A stretch of DNA of 64,000 nt from Selaginella moellendorffii (GCF_000143415.4 NW_003314357.1:517795-581794), one strand, 5' to 3'; positions 1-11,163 are shown, numbered from the stretch's first letter. The notes: generated by a model from the letters alone, not told the origin. Made by a program: numbers and translations.

Positions 1-459
1 GTTGGTTATAGCCCAAGAACCCATCCATAAAAGAGTAGAAGTGACGGCCTACTAACTCATCAATGACAGAGTCCACAAAAGGCATGGGAAAATGATCTCG
101 TAGTGCAAAACTGATATCACAAATTGCTTGTTATAATTATGGCAGATTTTTTTCTATGTATACTCCAAGATGTAGAAGCAATGAATTTTAAAAATAATTT
201 ACTTATTTATTCAATTTAACTAATTAAATAAAGGCAAAGACATCAACTTTAAAGTCCTTGAGCAACAAAAAAGAAAGATATTCCAACTTTATTCACCCTC
301 CTTTTATCACTGGTTAGGGGTATTTAACGTTACCATTTTACTTTAAAGTATGATATTTCTTAGGGTTCTTTAATGTTTTGAACGAGGCGGGAGCTTTGAT
401 CGTCGATCGCGGCGGCGAGCAATGTGAAGGAGTGGAATGCGGGTAAGAGAAGAGGGTTG

Positions 460-3195
460 ATGATCGATTATGGGGGAAGGTGTGAGCTCCTGCGGCCGAG
501 AGGAGTGATCTACAAGAGGAAGAAGAAGAAGAAGACGAGGGTTTATAGAAGGAGCAATGTGACAGCGGCGGAAGATTTCGTGGCTTTTGTTCGAGAGAAT
601 CATTTGCTGCAGGGAGAAGAAGCGTTCCCGGCGGTTGTGGCAGATCATCCTCACGTCTTTTATGGGGGTTTTCGCTTCCTGATATGCACGAAGGAGCACA
701 GTGCCGATGAGATCAACTCGACGCTACCTTTCAACGTTTTCACGGATGGTTCTTTCATTTCTGCCCAGAACAAGGCTGGCTATGGCATTTTCTACCGCTG
801 CCAGGAGCAAAACCACTGCTTGGCTCGGAATGTGATCGTTGGGAGCACCATTACTTTCCAGCTGAGCTCGGATCCATCACGGCCCATGCCACTAGAGATC
901 GATCTCTCAACTCACAAAGTGTCATCCATGACGATGGAGCTGCTTGCGATCCTCGAAGGCATTGTTTACGTCCAAAGCTTCTGGAAGCAGACGAGCATTT
1001 TTCTCTACACGGATAGCTTGGAGTCGCTCTATCTGGTGGAAAAGTTCCAGCGCAAGCCATCCAATCTTCGCTATCACGTCTACGAGAACATCCTCGTTGC
1101 CATTGCTGCCGCTGCTCAGCAAAGCAAAGTCCAGCGAATTCACCTCTTCAAAGTGAAAGCTCATGCCAACATTTTTGGAAACGAGGCAGCCGATCGTTTA
1201 GCTCATATGGGAGCGGCCTCGGGAAGGCCACTGCAAAAGTTTATCATCAGCGATCAAGGCACGACGTCGATCAGCCATGGCACTCAAGCTTTCTCGGGCT
1301 CTGGTTATGGTGGGACTGGCAATCGAGGAACAACGACCAGCCAAAGAACTCAAGCTCCTCCGAGTGTTTTTCCAACTCCAGTAGCGACCTCTTCCGAAGT
1401 GGACGTTCCACGTTTGGCACCAACTCGAGATCATCTTGGAAGTACAAGAAGCTGTGATCCACCACCTGGACCGGTTGATGTTGCGGCCACCGTATGTCGA
1501 GCTTGGCTTTGGGCCAAAGCCCAAGGACGTGGTGGCCAAACGCAGCCAGTGACCAGGGAAAGAGATCAAGGACTTCCTTCGAATGGTAGAAGTTCTGGTG
1601 TTCTTCAAACTCCTCAATCTCAAGCTCGTGGAGGTCATGATCCTGTTCCTCCAGCACCGTCCTCGGATAAGGCTACGGTTCCCCAACCTCGAATGCTGCC
1701 ACATGACGAACGACGTGGTGCCAAAACGACGCCAAACGTTTTCTCCTCTCGGCAGTCTGTGACTAGTCCAGCGGCCACAGATGTTCCAGTTCAAGGAAGT
1801 CGGGCAGGAGCTCCACCTCGACCGTATGTTTTACCAGTTCCTGCCACTGACAAAGCTTACGTTGAGGACACCATATATCGAGCTTGGCTTTGGACCAAAG
1901 CCCAAGGACGTGGTGGCCAAACGCAGCCAATGACCAGAGAAAGAGATCAAGGACTTCCTTCGAATGGTGGAAGTTCTAGTAGAGGAACTCCTCAAGCTCA
2001 AGCTCGTGAAGGTCATGATCCTGTTCCTCCAGTAACTTCCTCGGATAAGGCTGTGGCTCCCCAACCTCGAACGCTGCCAGATGACGAACGACGTCGTGCC
2101 AACACGACGACAAACGTTTTCTCCTCTCGGCAGTCTGTGACTAGTCCAACGGCCACAGATGTTCCAGTTCAAGGAAGTCGGGCACCAGCTCCATCGCAGT
2201 CTATAAGTCCTGATCCTATGCTTCAAGCAGCAGCTCCGACACCTCAATGTCCTGTAAGTTCCCGCCATCCATTGCGTTTACGCCATCAAACGCCGAATGC
2301 TGTGGGTATCAACTCTGATGCTCGACCATCTCAGCAGGTTTCGGAACTAGTTCCTGCAGCTCCAACTATTCCGGACATCTGTGGAACGTCTAAAGCAAGT
2401 ACTGCGAAGATCGAGCCGAAAGGTCGAAGCATAAAATCTCCGTTCGGAGGAGTTACTCAGCAATCCAGTGCTGCAGAACTGATTTGCTTAAGCGACGAGG
2501 ATGATGCTGGCGACATCAGCGACGATGGCTCGGGAGACGCTCAGATTATCTATGTCTCCTCGGACGACGAAGTTAACGGTGACGACGACGACGAGGTAGT
2601 CATTGTTCCCGCAACTCTGGATGACTCCGACGACGTAGTCATTGTTCCCGCAACTCCGGATGACTCCGACGTGACAATCGTTCCTGCGACTCCGGAAGAA
2701 CAGCTCCGCAACGTTTCAAGCAGCAAAATCGAGTCCACTTCACCTCCAAGGAGGTGTAAGATCTCGCAGGAGGAGATCGACAGCTTGGCAAAGACCTGCG
2801 CGGAGCAAGAGTTTGGAGACAGGGAGATGCAGGAGATCTGGGAAGCTTTTCGCAAGGAACGCGACGAGAAGAGATCAAAGTCTCAGGCAGCCAGCAGCAG
2901 TGAGGTTGTGGAAGTCATCTCCCTGGATGACGAGCCTGCCAGCGTGTTGACATGGGACGAGTTCCAGACGCTCTCCACGGCTGTGGGAGCTGATTTCTAC
3001 GACGATGCGGACCTGGTCTGGATTCGAAGGAACTGGAAGGATGGTGCTCGAGCTCTTGGCTTGGAACACGAAGATCATCCAGTCGAGCGGGATCATCAAG
3101 AAGATGAAGCAGTGGTAGACAAGGATAGCGACGAAGAGGTAGTGGAGCTCATTCTCACGCATTGGCCGGAGGGCGCAAAGGCACTCGTCGCGTGA
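460..3195 (+). CDS. Intronless RNase HI-domain protein with a long low-complexity, repeat-containing acidic tail
   Basis: RNase H catalytic motifs VFTDGS, MELLAI, LYTDS and KVKAHANIFGNEAADRLA give the D-E-D-D tetrad plus His. First in-frame ATG at 460 (the ORF track starts at GTG 424). Basic NLS-like KRKKKKK near the N-terminus. Confidence 0.8.
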   Translation: MIDYGGRCELLRPRGVIYKRKKKKKTRVYRRSNVTAAEDFVAFVRENHLLQGEEAFPAVVADHPHVFYGGFRFLICTKEHSADEINSTLPFNVFTDGSFISAQNKAGYGIFYRCQEQNHCLARNVIVGSTITFQLSSDPSRPMPLEIDLSTHKVSSMTMELLAILEGIVYVQSFWKQTSIFLYTDSLESLYLVEKFQRKPSNLRYHVYENILVAIAAAAQQSKVQRIHLFKVKAHANIFGNEAADRLAHMGAASGRPLQKFIISDQGTTSISHGTQAFSGSGYGGTGNRGTTTSQRTQAPPSVFPTPVATSSEVDVPRLAPTRDHLGSTRSCDPPPGPVDVAATVCRAWLWAKAQGRGGQTQPVTRERDQGLPSNGRSSGVLQTPQSQARGGHDPVPPAPSSDKATVPQPRMLPHDERRGAKTTPNVFSSRQSVTSPAATDVPVQGSRAGAPPRPYVLPVPATDKAYVEDTIYRAWLWTKAQGRGGQTQPMTRERDQGLPSNGGSSSRGTPQAQAREGHDPVPPVTSSDKAVAPQPRTLPDDERRRANTTTNVFSSRQSVTSPTATDVPVQGSRAPAPSQSISPDPMLQAAAPTPQCPVSSRHPLRLRHQTPNAVGINSDARPSQQVSELVPAAPTIPDICGTSKASTAKIEPKGRSIKSPFGGVTQQSSAAELICLSDEDDAGDISDDGSGDAQIIYVSSDDEVNGDDDDEVVIVPATLDDSDDVVIVPATPDDSDVTIVPATPEEQLRNVSSSKIESTSPPRRCKISQEEIDSLAKTCAEQEFGDREMQEIWEAFRKERDEKRSKSQAASSSEVVEVISLDDEPASVLTWDEFQTLSTAVGADFYDDADLVWIRRNWKDGARALGLEHEDHPVERDHQEDEAVVDKDSDEEVVELILTHWPEGAKALVA
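1488..2195 (+). repeat. Internal direct repeat, two copies of about 330 bp (about 1488-1816 and 1869-2195), within the RNase H ORF
   Basis: RAWLW(A/T)KAQGRGGQTQP...DVPVQGSRA is repeated with a 378-381 bp offset, high nucleotide identity and preserved frame. Confidence 0.95.
2596..2700 (+). repeat. Three tandem units of about 36 bp encoding V(V/T)IVPAT(L/P)(D/E)(D/E)
   Basis: gtagtcattgttcccgcaactc occurs twice, followed by a third diverged copy. Confidence 0.9.
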
Positions 3196-3273
3196 ATCTC
3201 GCCATGTTTATTTAAGGTTGAAGAATATTCTTTGAATATACAAGTATATGCTTTCCACAATCTTTGGGAAGAA

Positions 3274-4068
3274 CTATGCTTGATCATCCCACGAATTCGT
3301 CCCAACTGGGCTGTAAAAAGAAGCTCTTTTCTCAATCAGAAGATACAGTGTGGCACACGCTGCCATTAGCAAAGAAAGATGAGAGCTAAAAACCATCGTC
3401 GCCACGGCTTTGGATTTGTTGGCAAGCTCTTGGTTTGCGCACTCGATCCGAATGTGGCCGTGGTGACTGTTGACTTGACAATCTCGATCCAGGAACAGCG
3501 AAGGAAAGACAAATACCAGCGAGAGTTGGAGCAGCCAGACGCCCTGAAAGGCGATAGAGATCGACCTGGAAAGCTTGATGGTGGTCTGGTGGTGTCGCAC
3601 AAAGATCTCGCCCAAGCTTGTAAGAGCGCAAGCCATGACGGTGATTTGCAAGAGAGCGTGATAGTGGGATTCCACACCCGTGTCATCCAAGGAATGCCAG
3701 TGAAAGAGGAGGAATTCCTGGGCGAAAGCAGCTGCTCCCATGAGATCCGCGAAGCCACTCGGCAAGCTTGCCTTCCAGCGTAGAGCGAGTCCATAGATGA
3801 AGAACGGAAGAGCCATGGCTATGTGCTCCAAGTCCGGAAAGCTTCGCGTTGGCTGGACAATGCAGTGGAAGGCGATGACCGCTGCGCTTCCGAGAAGGGC
3901 AATGTAAGACTCGACTCGCTTTGCAAGGGCTAGCAGTCGACTCTCTTTGAGCTCGTTTGATCCTCGAGGAGCTCCTAGGCAATTGGTGACAAAGAGGGAG
4001 ATCCCGTAGAAGATAAAGCCGAACGCTGGGATCCCATGACTCAAGAACACCACCAAGCTGTTTGCCAT
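3274..4068 (-). CDS. TMEM45/DUF716-like multi-pass membrane protein, paralog 1
   Basis: N-terminal H-x-x-P-A/G-x-G-F, DLEHIAM, FHWHS..GVESHYH, FQGVWL motifs and several hydrophobic helices. Confidence 0.8.
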   Translation of the reverse strand: MANSLVVFLSHGIPAFGFIFYGISLFVTNCLGAPRGSNELKESRLLALAKRVESYIALLGSAAVIAFHCIVQPTRSFPDLEHIAMALPFFIYGLALRWKASLPSGFADLMGAAAFAQEFLLFHWHSLDDTGVESHYHALLQITVMACALTSLGEIFVRHHQTTIKLSRSISIAFQGVWLLQLSLVFVFPSLFLDRDCQVNSHHGHIRIECANQELANKSKAVATMVFSSHLSLLMAACATLYLLIEKRASFYSPVGTNSWDDQA

Positions 4069-4384
4069 TCAATCAAGAAGAGTATACTGTCAGCTCCGAT
4101 CGAAGTTCTGGGCACTGCAGTCTTTAATCATCAATGATTCCTCTTGCAAGTAAAAAACTAGATCTTGAGGGAAACGTGTTCGTCCGGACGTGCGTATCAA
4201 ATTTGATCGTGGGGATGATTGGTGCCAGTTCTAACTACACGCTAGACAAGATTCCAGTTAGAACCATTCTATGATATGCGTTGCTCGGAGCGTTTTAGAT
4301 TGTCATTGGATTAGTTTAAAGAATCTAAAACAGTAAAGATTAAATACGAACTTTGCAGGTTTCCACGATCTCTTTTTCTTTGCT

Positions 4385-5173
4385 TTAAAACAAATTAGTC
4401 AAAGCTCTCGTCTCTTCATCTTCCAACGAGCCAACAGGGCAATATCTCATAGCGTTTCTCTCAATCCAAGCATAAGCTATAGCACTTGCTGCCATCAGCA
4501 AAGAGAAGTACCAACTAAAAAGCAAGGTCGCCACAGTTTTGGATTGCATGATAAGCTTCTCGCTGCTGCATGCGACCTTCTGGTGGCGATGAAGAAACAA
4601 TCGGCAATCTGGAGGCAGGAACTCCGAAGGAAACACAAGCAGCAGTGCCAGCTGAAGCAGCCAAACTCCCTGAAAGAGGATACAAAATGATCTTAAAAGC
4701 CTGATAGTTAGCTTCCTGTGGAAAAGGGCCTCGCCCAAGCACGTAAACATACAAGCGGCCACAATGATTTGCAGCAGCGCATGATAGTGTCCTTCCACGC
4801 CTTTGTGATCCGTGGAATGCCAGTGAAAGAGGATGAATTCCTGGGCAAAAGCAGCGGCTCCCAGGAGATTTACAAAACTATTTGATAGTTTTGCCTTCCA
4901 CCGCAGAGCGAGTGCGTAAATTATGAAGGGAAGAGCCATGGAAATGTGCTCCACGTCGGGATAGCTTCGTGTTGGCTGGACAATGCAGTGGAACACAATC
5001 ACTCCTGAGCTCCCGAGGAAGATGCTGTAGAACTCGATCCGCTTTGCGGCAAGTGATTGAGATTCATTGTTGTTTCGTCTGTGAGCTGCAGCTGTGACAA
5101 AGAGCGCGAGTCCCCAAGAGATGAATCCAATCGCTGGAATGCCATGGCTGAGGAACGCCAAATATCTTTCCAT
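4385..5173 (-). CDS. TMEM45/DUF716-like multi-pass membrane protein, paralog 2 (tandem duplicate)
   Basis: Same motifs (DVEHISM, FHWHSTDHKGVEGHYH, FQGVWL). ATG at 5173 (MERYLAFLSHG) aligns with the paralog 1 start. Confidence 0.8.
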   Translation of the reverse strand: MERYLAFLSHGIPAIGFISWGLALFVTAAAHRRNNNESQSLAAKRIEFYSIFLGSSGVIVFHCIVQPTRSYPDVEHISMALPFIIYALALRWKAKLSNSFVNLLGAAAFAQEFILFHWHSTDHKGVEGHYHALLQIIVAACMFTCLGEALFHRKLTIRLLRSFCILFQGVWLLQLALLLVFPSEFLPPDCRLFLHRHQKVACSSEKLIMQSKTVATLLFSWYFSLLMAASAIAYAWIERNAMRYCPVGSLEDEETRALTNLF

Positions 5174-5357
5174 CCCGAAAACTGAGAAAAAATGCACTAA
5201 GTTGCTCCTAAGATCTGATAGATGACAAGGTTTACCAACTTTCTTGAAATTCAAACCAACTGGCTGGAAAAATGATCCATGATATAGTCTAGTATATCTT
5301 TCCCTCGCAGATAAAGTCTTTGTAAAGTTGTTTTCTAAGAAATCCTGTTTGGCAGGA

Positions 5358-6947
5358 CTATAGCTCCTGGAAGATGTTAGAGATGAAGACGTATGGAGCG
5401 GGGTTCTCTGGATCGAGAGTCATGGCCCTCTTTGTCGCTCGGCTCCCTCGATCCACGTCTCGGTGACCCTTGCAAGCACCGAGAAAGCAAGTCCAGTCCC
5501 ACGAATCCGGGAAGAATGGCATCGTTGCCAGTAGCTCCTCCACCTCGCCAAGGTATCCCGAGCGACACAGGAGATCGATCAGGCACCGGTAGTGTAGCTT
5601 GCTCGCCGGGATTCCAAAGTCCGAGACCATGGATCGAAACGAGTCACCAGCATTGCGGAGTTTTCCTCCGTGGCTACATGCGATGAGGTTGCAAAGGAAG
5701 GCAATCTCGTCTGGAGGATCGCCCAGGAGTTTGAGCTCTTTGAAGATCTGGATTGCAGTAGAGGGATGGCCGTTTTGAGAGTACGCTGCAAGGACGGCAT
5801 TCCACGAGATTGTGTTGCGCTCGTGCATTCGATCAAAGATCTTGAGTGCTTGATCGAGATTTCCGTTTTGAGCGTATGCGGAAAGAAGCCCGTTCCACGA
5901 GAAAAGATGGCGCTCGTTCATTGCATCAAACATCGACTTGGCCTCCTCCAAATGCCCATTTTGCGCAAATCCAGAGAGCATTGCTGTCCAGGACACGGCA
6001 TCACGCTCCGGCATAGAATCAAACAGAAACTTTGCCTCTTCCAGAAACCCCTTTCCCGCATACACAGCCAGCATAGCCGTCCAAGAAAACAGGTTCCTCT
6101 CGCGCATAGAATCAAACACAGACTTCGACTCATTAAGATGCCCGTTCATGGCATATGCTGCAAGCATTGCGGTCCAGGACACGAGATCAAGCTCTGGCAT
6201 GGCGTCAAAGAATTTCTTTGCCTGGAACGCATTTCCAGTCTGCGCATACGTCGCGAGCATCGCAGTCCAGGACACAATGTCCCCCTCGGGCATCCTGTCG
6301 AACAAACGTTTCGCTTCGGCTAGATGCCCTTGTGCGGCATTTGCGCAAACAATAGCCGTCCACGACTCGAGGCTGTACTCCTCCATCGACGCAAAGACCT
6401 GTCTGGCGCCCAAGAGATCGCCGTTTTGCGTGCAAGCTGCCAGCATCGCGTTCCACGACACCAGGCTCCACTCCGGAATCTCGCCGTAGACGCTTTTGGC
6501 TCCAAACAGATGCCCATTCCGGGCATATGCAGAAAGCATCGCGGTCCACGACACGAGGTTCCGCGCCGGCATCTCGTTGAAGCGCTGCTTTGCCGTCGAG
6601 AGATCCCCGGCAAGCGAGAAGGCAGTGAGGATCGTGTTCCATGTCACAAGGTCCGGATTGGGCATTCGATCGAACGTTTGCTGCGCGAGGTCCAGCTGCC
6701 TGCTGCGGGCAAATGCGGCGATCATCAGGTTCCAGGTGAAGGTGTCTCTCTCCTGCATCGAATCGAAGATCTGCTTGGCCTTTCCTGTGCTGCCGCATCG
6801 CCCATACATCTCGATGAGCTTGTTGTGGACGAACACGTCGTGGGCGTCGAGGAAATGGCGGATGTGCGAGTGGAGGAAGGTTGCCGCGGCGGGGCTCGAG
6901 CACTTTTGGAGCAGCTGGATGCACGCGCCTCGCTCCAGCAGCAGCAT
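5358..6947 (-). CDS. PLS-class pentatricopeptide repeat protein dominated by 31-aa S-type repeats, with a C-terminal E domain and no DYW domain
   Basis: Tandem xxVSWTAMLxAYAxNGHLxEAKxxFDxMxER units, ending in LIDLLCRSG...APYVFISNI. Confidence 0.92.
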   Translation of the reverse strand: MLLLERGACIQLLQKCSSPAAATFLHSHIRHFLDAHDVFVHNKLIEMYGRCGSTGKAKQIFDSMQERDTFTWNLMIAAFARSRQLDLAQQTFDRMPNPDLVTWNTILTAFSLAGDLSTAKQRFNEMPARNLVSWTAMLSAYARNGHLFGAKSVYGEIPEWSLVSWNAMLAACTQNGDLLGARQVFASMEEYSLESWTAIVCANAAQGHLAEAKRLFDRMPEGDIVSWTAMLATYAQTGNAFQAKKFFDAMPELDLVSWTAMLAAYAMNGHLNESKSVFDSMRERNLFSWTAMLAVYAGKGFLEEAKFLFDSMPERDAVSWTAMLSGFAQNGHLEEAKSMFDAMNERHLFSWNGLLSAYAQNGNLDQALKIFDRMHERNTISWNAVLAAYSQNGHPSTAIQIFKELKLLGDPPDEIAFLCNLIACSHGGKLRNAGDSFRSMVSDFGIPASKLHYRCLIDLLCRSGYLGEVEELLATMPFFPDSWDWTCFLGACKGHRDVDRGSRATKRAMTLDPENPAPYVFISNIFQEL

Positions 6948-8787
6948 CACAATTTAAAACGGGGCAAATGCAAATGCAAATGCGCCATCGAGATGCGGGG
7001 AGACATTTGCGGTGCTGCCATGTTGATGATGCCCGCCATGGAGGGCGACATGCGTGGACGTACAAATCAAGTATGAGGTTGTTCCCCAAACCCAAGAAAG
7101 ACTAGTTCTAATCACTCATTTGGTTTGCCAATTAGCAAAGACTAGTTCGGTTATAATCATCAATATTTGTACTTTTTACTAATCAATGTTTGTTTTATGT
7201 TTTTTCTATTTGATTTTATAATTACAAAATATTATTTCCAAAAAATTACACAAGAGCAAATGGTCTGGATTGAAATCAATCCGATGGATATCAAAATTTC
7301 ATAAATAACATAAATAGCATTATTGCTCTACACTTTGGACTTAGACCTCATAATTTCAAATTTCACCAATATCAAATAAAAAATAAAGTTTTGTGTAATA
7401 ATTCTATATTGATAGAATTCATCAAAGGGCTTACTTTCATTTTAATGAAGTCAGTTAGTCCACAACACCCACACCACACCACAACCACTAACATTAAGCA
7501 AACAAAACACTAAAGGTTAAACACTGTAAGCCAAATTAACCATAAAAAATTGGAAATACTTGCCCTAAATCTGAAGGCATTGATGGAAAAAGGTAGTTTC
7601 AAGCTGTGTGGTAAGAAAAGTTGCCACCCTCCATGTCTCCTCCCAGTTGCAGCAAAGGCAGCCTTGAGAAAGGAGAAAAAACCTTCCTTTTTCCCCCTCC
7701 GCTTTTTCACATGTGTTCACAGCCGCGGGCCTGCAACTTTTTCTCGTGAGAAATTGCTGTATAACCTTTTTGTGCTGGGCATTTTGCAAACATGGAGGGT
7801 CCCCTGTGCCACTCTCCCTCCTCTCTGTGTGTCTTGTGTTTGTGTTTGTCTCTCTCTCTCTCACACACACACTGCGCTGACGTTTTACAAAAGTAAGGAG
7901 AGAAAAGAAAAATCATACCTTGGCTCGGGTGGGGCTTTGTGTTCTTCATGAAAAGTAGAAGCGCAACCGTGAGATTCAAGGCACACCGCACACCGCACAC
8001 CGATTTGTCCCGAATCATGCACGCGCGCCTGCGTTCGTTAGTTCGTTCGGCCAAAGGGAAAAAGAAGATTGCAAAATAAAGGGGTCTTACTTTTTGTTGT
8101 GCATGGTTGCGGCGAGACGCATGAGCGCCACCGGAAAGAAATCCAGGCATTGTTTGATGTCCGTTGGGATCGCTCATGATTCTCCAAGTGGCCGCCCCAC
8201 TGCATACATAATAGGCAAGCAAATATTAGATCACAAGCACAGGACGAGGAAGAAAGCAAAGCAACCACTTACTTAGAAAACAGTGCTCGTCTCTTCTTTC
8301 TTCTCGGGGATAAGAAGCGTTGCTTGCGCTAATTGCACACTCTTACGGCACGCCAAGTTTCCTTCCTCTTCCTCTTCTTCTTCTTCTTCTTCGCCGCTCA
8401 AGAGCTTGCTGTGTACAGCATTCCCTTCCGTCCGGGACCCCACAAGCAAAAGCTTGTTTCCACGGCGCCTCCAAGGGACGAAGAACGGATATATATATAT
8501 AAACTGCTTCGCTCCATTCCATGACGACGACGACGCCGCAGAACCAAGCACGAAGAAGCGGCCAAATCTGTTGATTGATTCCCTCTGCTCATTGCTTCTA
8601 CTCCGCACCGAATTCCTCCTCCCTCATTCTTGATGCCACAGTAAAGGAGCTTCGCATTTGCAGCAAGTTGAGCGGCGACACTGTTTGGCCAGCGTTTGTC
8701 TCCCCCGCCCCCCTGCTTCTTTTTCTTCCCCTCCCTCCTATAAAAAATCTGTCCTCAATGCTGGAAGAGAGCCACCACTTCAGCTCA

Positions 8788-11163
8788 ATGCCTTCCTCCT
8801 CGCTCGTCCTTCCCATCCTCTTCCAGCTCTCTGCATTCTGCCCGCTCGAGACGGACTTCAATGCCTCCTTCTCTCGAGCTGTTGAGCGGGGACATCCTCA
8901 TCATCGCAAACCAGATCCATCACCACCGGCACCACCAGGTTCGAATTCATCACTCAACTCGTTTCTTTCGCTTCTTGGCCAATTCAATATGTCTAATTGC
9001 TCTGCTGTCCTCCTGCCACAGAGCACGGGAGTTATGATCAAACTGCATTCTCCGAGGTGAAACTTTAACAGCTTACTCACTTTGTTTATAGTCTTCAGCA
9101 GTTGAGACCGTTTGTTTCTGTTGCTCTGTCCCCACGCAGTGTCTGGCTGCTCCCACAAGTCCCCTGTACAACGGAGGTGTTCTCAAAAACCCCGCATTCG
9201 ACGCGGACCTTCTCGGCTGGTCCCCATTCGGGGGCTGCACTCTCAAGATCCAGGTCCAAGGCAGGAACAAGTTCCTCGTTGCAACCAATCGGAACGCTGG
9301 ATTTCACGGCCCCTCACAAGCCCTGGCGAATCTTACGCAGGGGTCCAAGTACACTCTCTCAGGTGCGAAAATCAATGTTGAAAATCGAATCTCTGCTGAC
9401 AACCAACAAACAACAACATTAACCACCGAAGAAAAAACTCGTGTATACTGATCAATCTCTACCTACTTGGAAAACTTACAGCTTGGTTGCAAGTGAACGG
9501 TGGAAGTGATGATACCGCTCCTCTGGTCAAGGCCACCATCAAGGCCAACGGGCAATACATTTCAGCCGGGAGCGTCGCAGCCAGGAACAAGTGCTGGACG
9601 TTCCTGAAGGGAGGATTTATTCCCGAGTTCAATGCTTCATCCGCCACTCTGTACTTCGAGGTGAATTTAACGACCCTGTTTCTCTGTTCTCCGTTACCAA
9701 ACGTGCGCATTTGGTGTACCAATGTCGTGCAGAGCTCCGATCCGAAGGTTGACATTTGGCTGGACAGTGCCTCGCTTCAGCCCTTTTCAGACGAGGAGTG
9801 GAGCAAGCACCAAGATATCAGCATAAAAAAGGTGTGCAAATCGAACAAAATGCTAGCTGCTAACCTGTGATGTGCCTGCTGACGTGACAGAGCCGAACCA
9901 GATCCGTGACCCTGAGTGTCACGGATTGCAAAGGCCATGGAATCCACAATGCAGACATCCAAGTGGAGCAGATCACTGGCGACTTCCCATTTGGCTCAGC
10001 AATTGCATCCACAATCCTGGACAACCCGACATATCAAGTAAGCAAAAAAAAAAATCTAAAAGATACGTTGCTGACTTCGGCGTGCTTGCCAGAAATGGTT
10101 CGTGACGCGATTCAACACTGCTGTGTTCGAGAACGAGATGAAGTGGTACTCTACGGAGCGGCAACAAGGCAAAGTCTCGTATGAGACGGCCGATAAAATG
10201 CTGGATTTCTGCAAAGCCAACAACATTTTGGTCAGAGGGCACAACGTTCTCTGGAACGATCCACAGTACCAGCCTGGATGGGTGAAAGACTTGAGCGACT
10301 CGGAGCTGAGAACCGCCACAATGTCCCGTATAGAGTCCGTCATGAGTCACTACGCTGGCAAGCTTCCACAGTGGGACGTTCTCAACGAAATGCTCCACTT
10401 CAACTTCTTCGAGAGCAAGCTCGGCAGCAACGCGGCTGTGGAGATCTACAAATTCGCCCAGGAGATCGATCCTGAAACAACATTGTTTCTCAACGATTTC
10501 AACGTGATCGAGGTACCACAGGACTCGATGAGCTTACCCGACAACTACGTCCACAGGCTGCTCGAGATGAAAGCCGCAGGAATCAAAAAGCTCGGCATTG
10601 GACTGGAGGGACACTTCTCCGGCAAGCCCAATCTCGTTTACATGCGAGCAGTCCTCGACAAGCTTGCGACGCTGGAGCTCCCAATCTGGCTGACGGAAGT
10701 CGATATCATGAACAGTGTTGACAGCGAAAACCAAGTAAGAAGAAACAAAAGCTCTCACTCACCTCCTCGAGGAGCTACTAATGCCTTGTCTTTTCTCTTT
10801 TCTCTTTGTCTGCGATGATCGAAGGCAATCTATCTCCAGCAGGTACTCCGCGAGGCATTCTCCCACCCAGCAGTGAAAGGAATCGTCCTGTGGACGGCGC
10901 TGCATCCCTACGGCTGCTACCGGATGTGCCTGACCGATCAGAACTTCAAGAACTTGCCCGCTGGAAATACCGTGGACGTTTTCCTCAAGAACATCCGGAC
11001 AGTGGGGCTGAGCGGCACCACCGATCACGAGGGGAGCTTCAGCTTCCAGGGATTCCACGGCGAGTACGAGATCTCTGTCACTCACAATCGCACCTCCGTC
11101 ATCAAGCGCCTGGCGATCGGCCCCGACACGGATTCGCAGACGATTCACGTGCTCGTCTCGTGA
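8788..11163 (+). CDS. GH10 endo-1,4-beta-xylanase with an N-terminal carbohydrate-binding module (multi-exon)
   Basis: Spliced YDQTAFSE|CLAAPTSPLYNGG; FENEMKW, VRGHNVLW, WDVLNEMLH (acid/base Glu) and PIWLTEVD (nucleophile Glu). TATAAAAA at about 8739. Start codon is 8758 or 8788. Confidence 0.9.

Noticed and set aside
5670-7095. Multiple antisense and alternative-frame ORFs over the first PPR gene, with 93-bp periodicity that could look like a repeat array
   Set aside because: The periodicity is explained by 31-aa PPR units. It is not CRISPR-like (no constant repeat with unique spacers).
8450-8480. ttccacggc resembling the 5' end of miR396
   Set aside because: The match ends after 9 nt and no complementary hairpin arm is visible.
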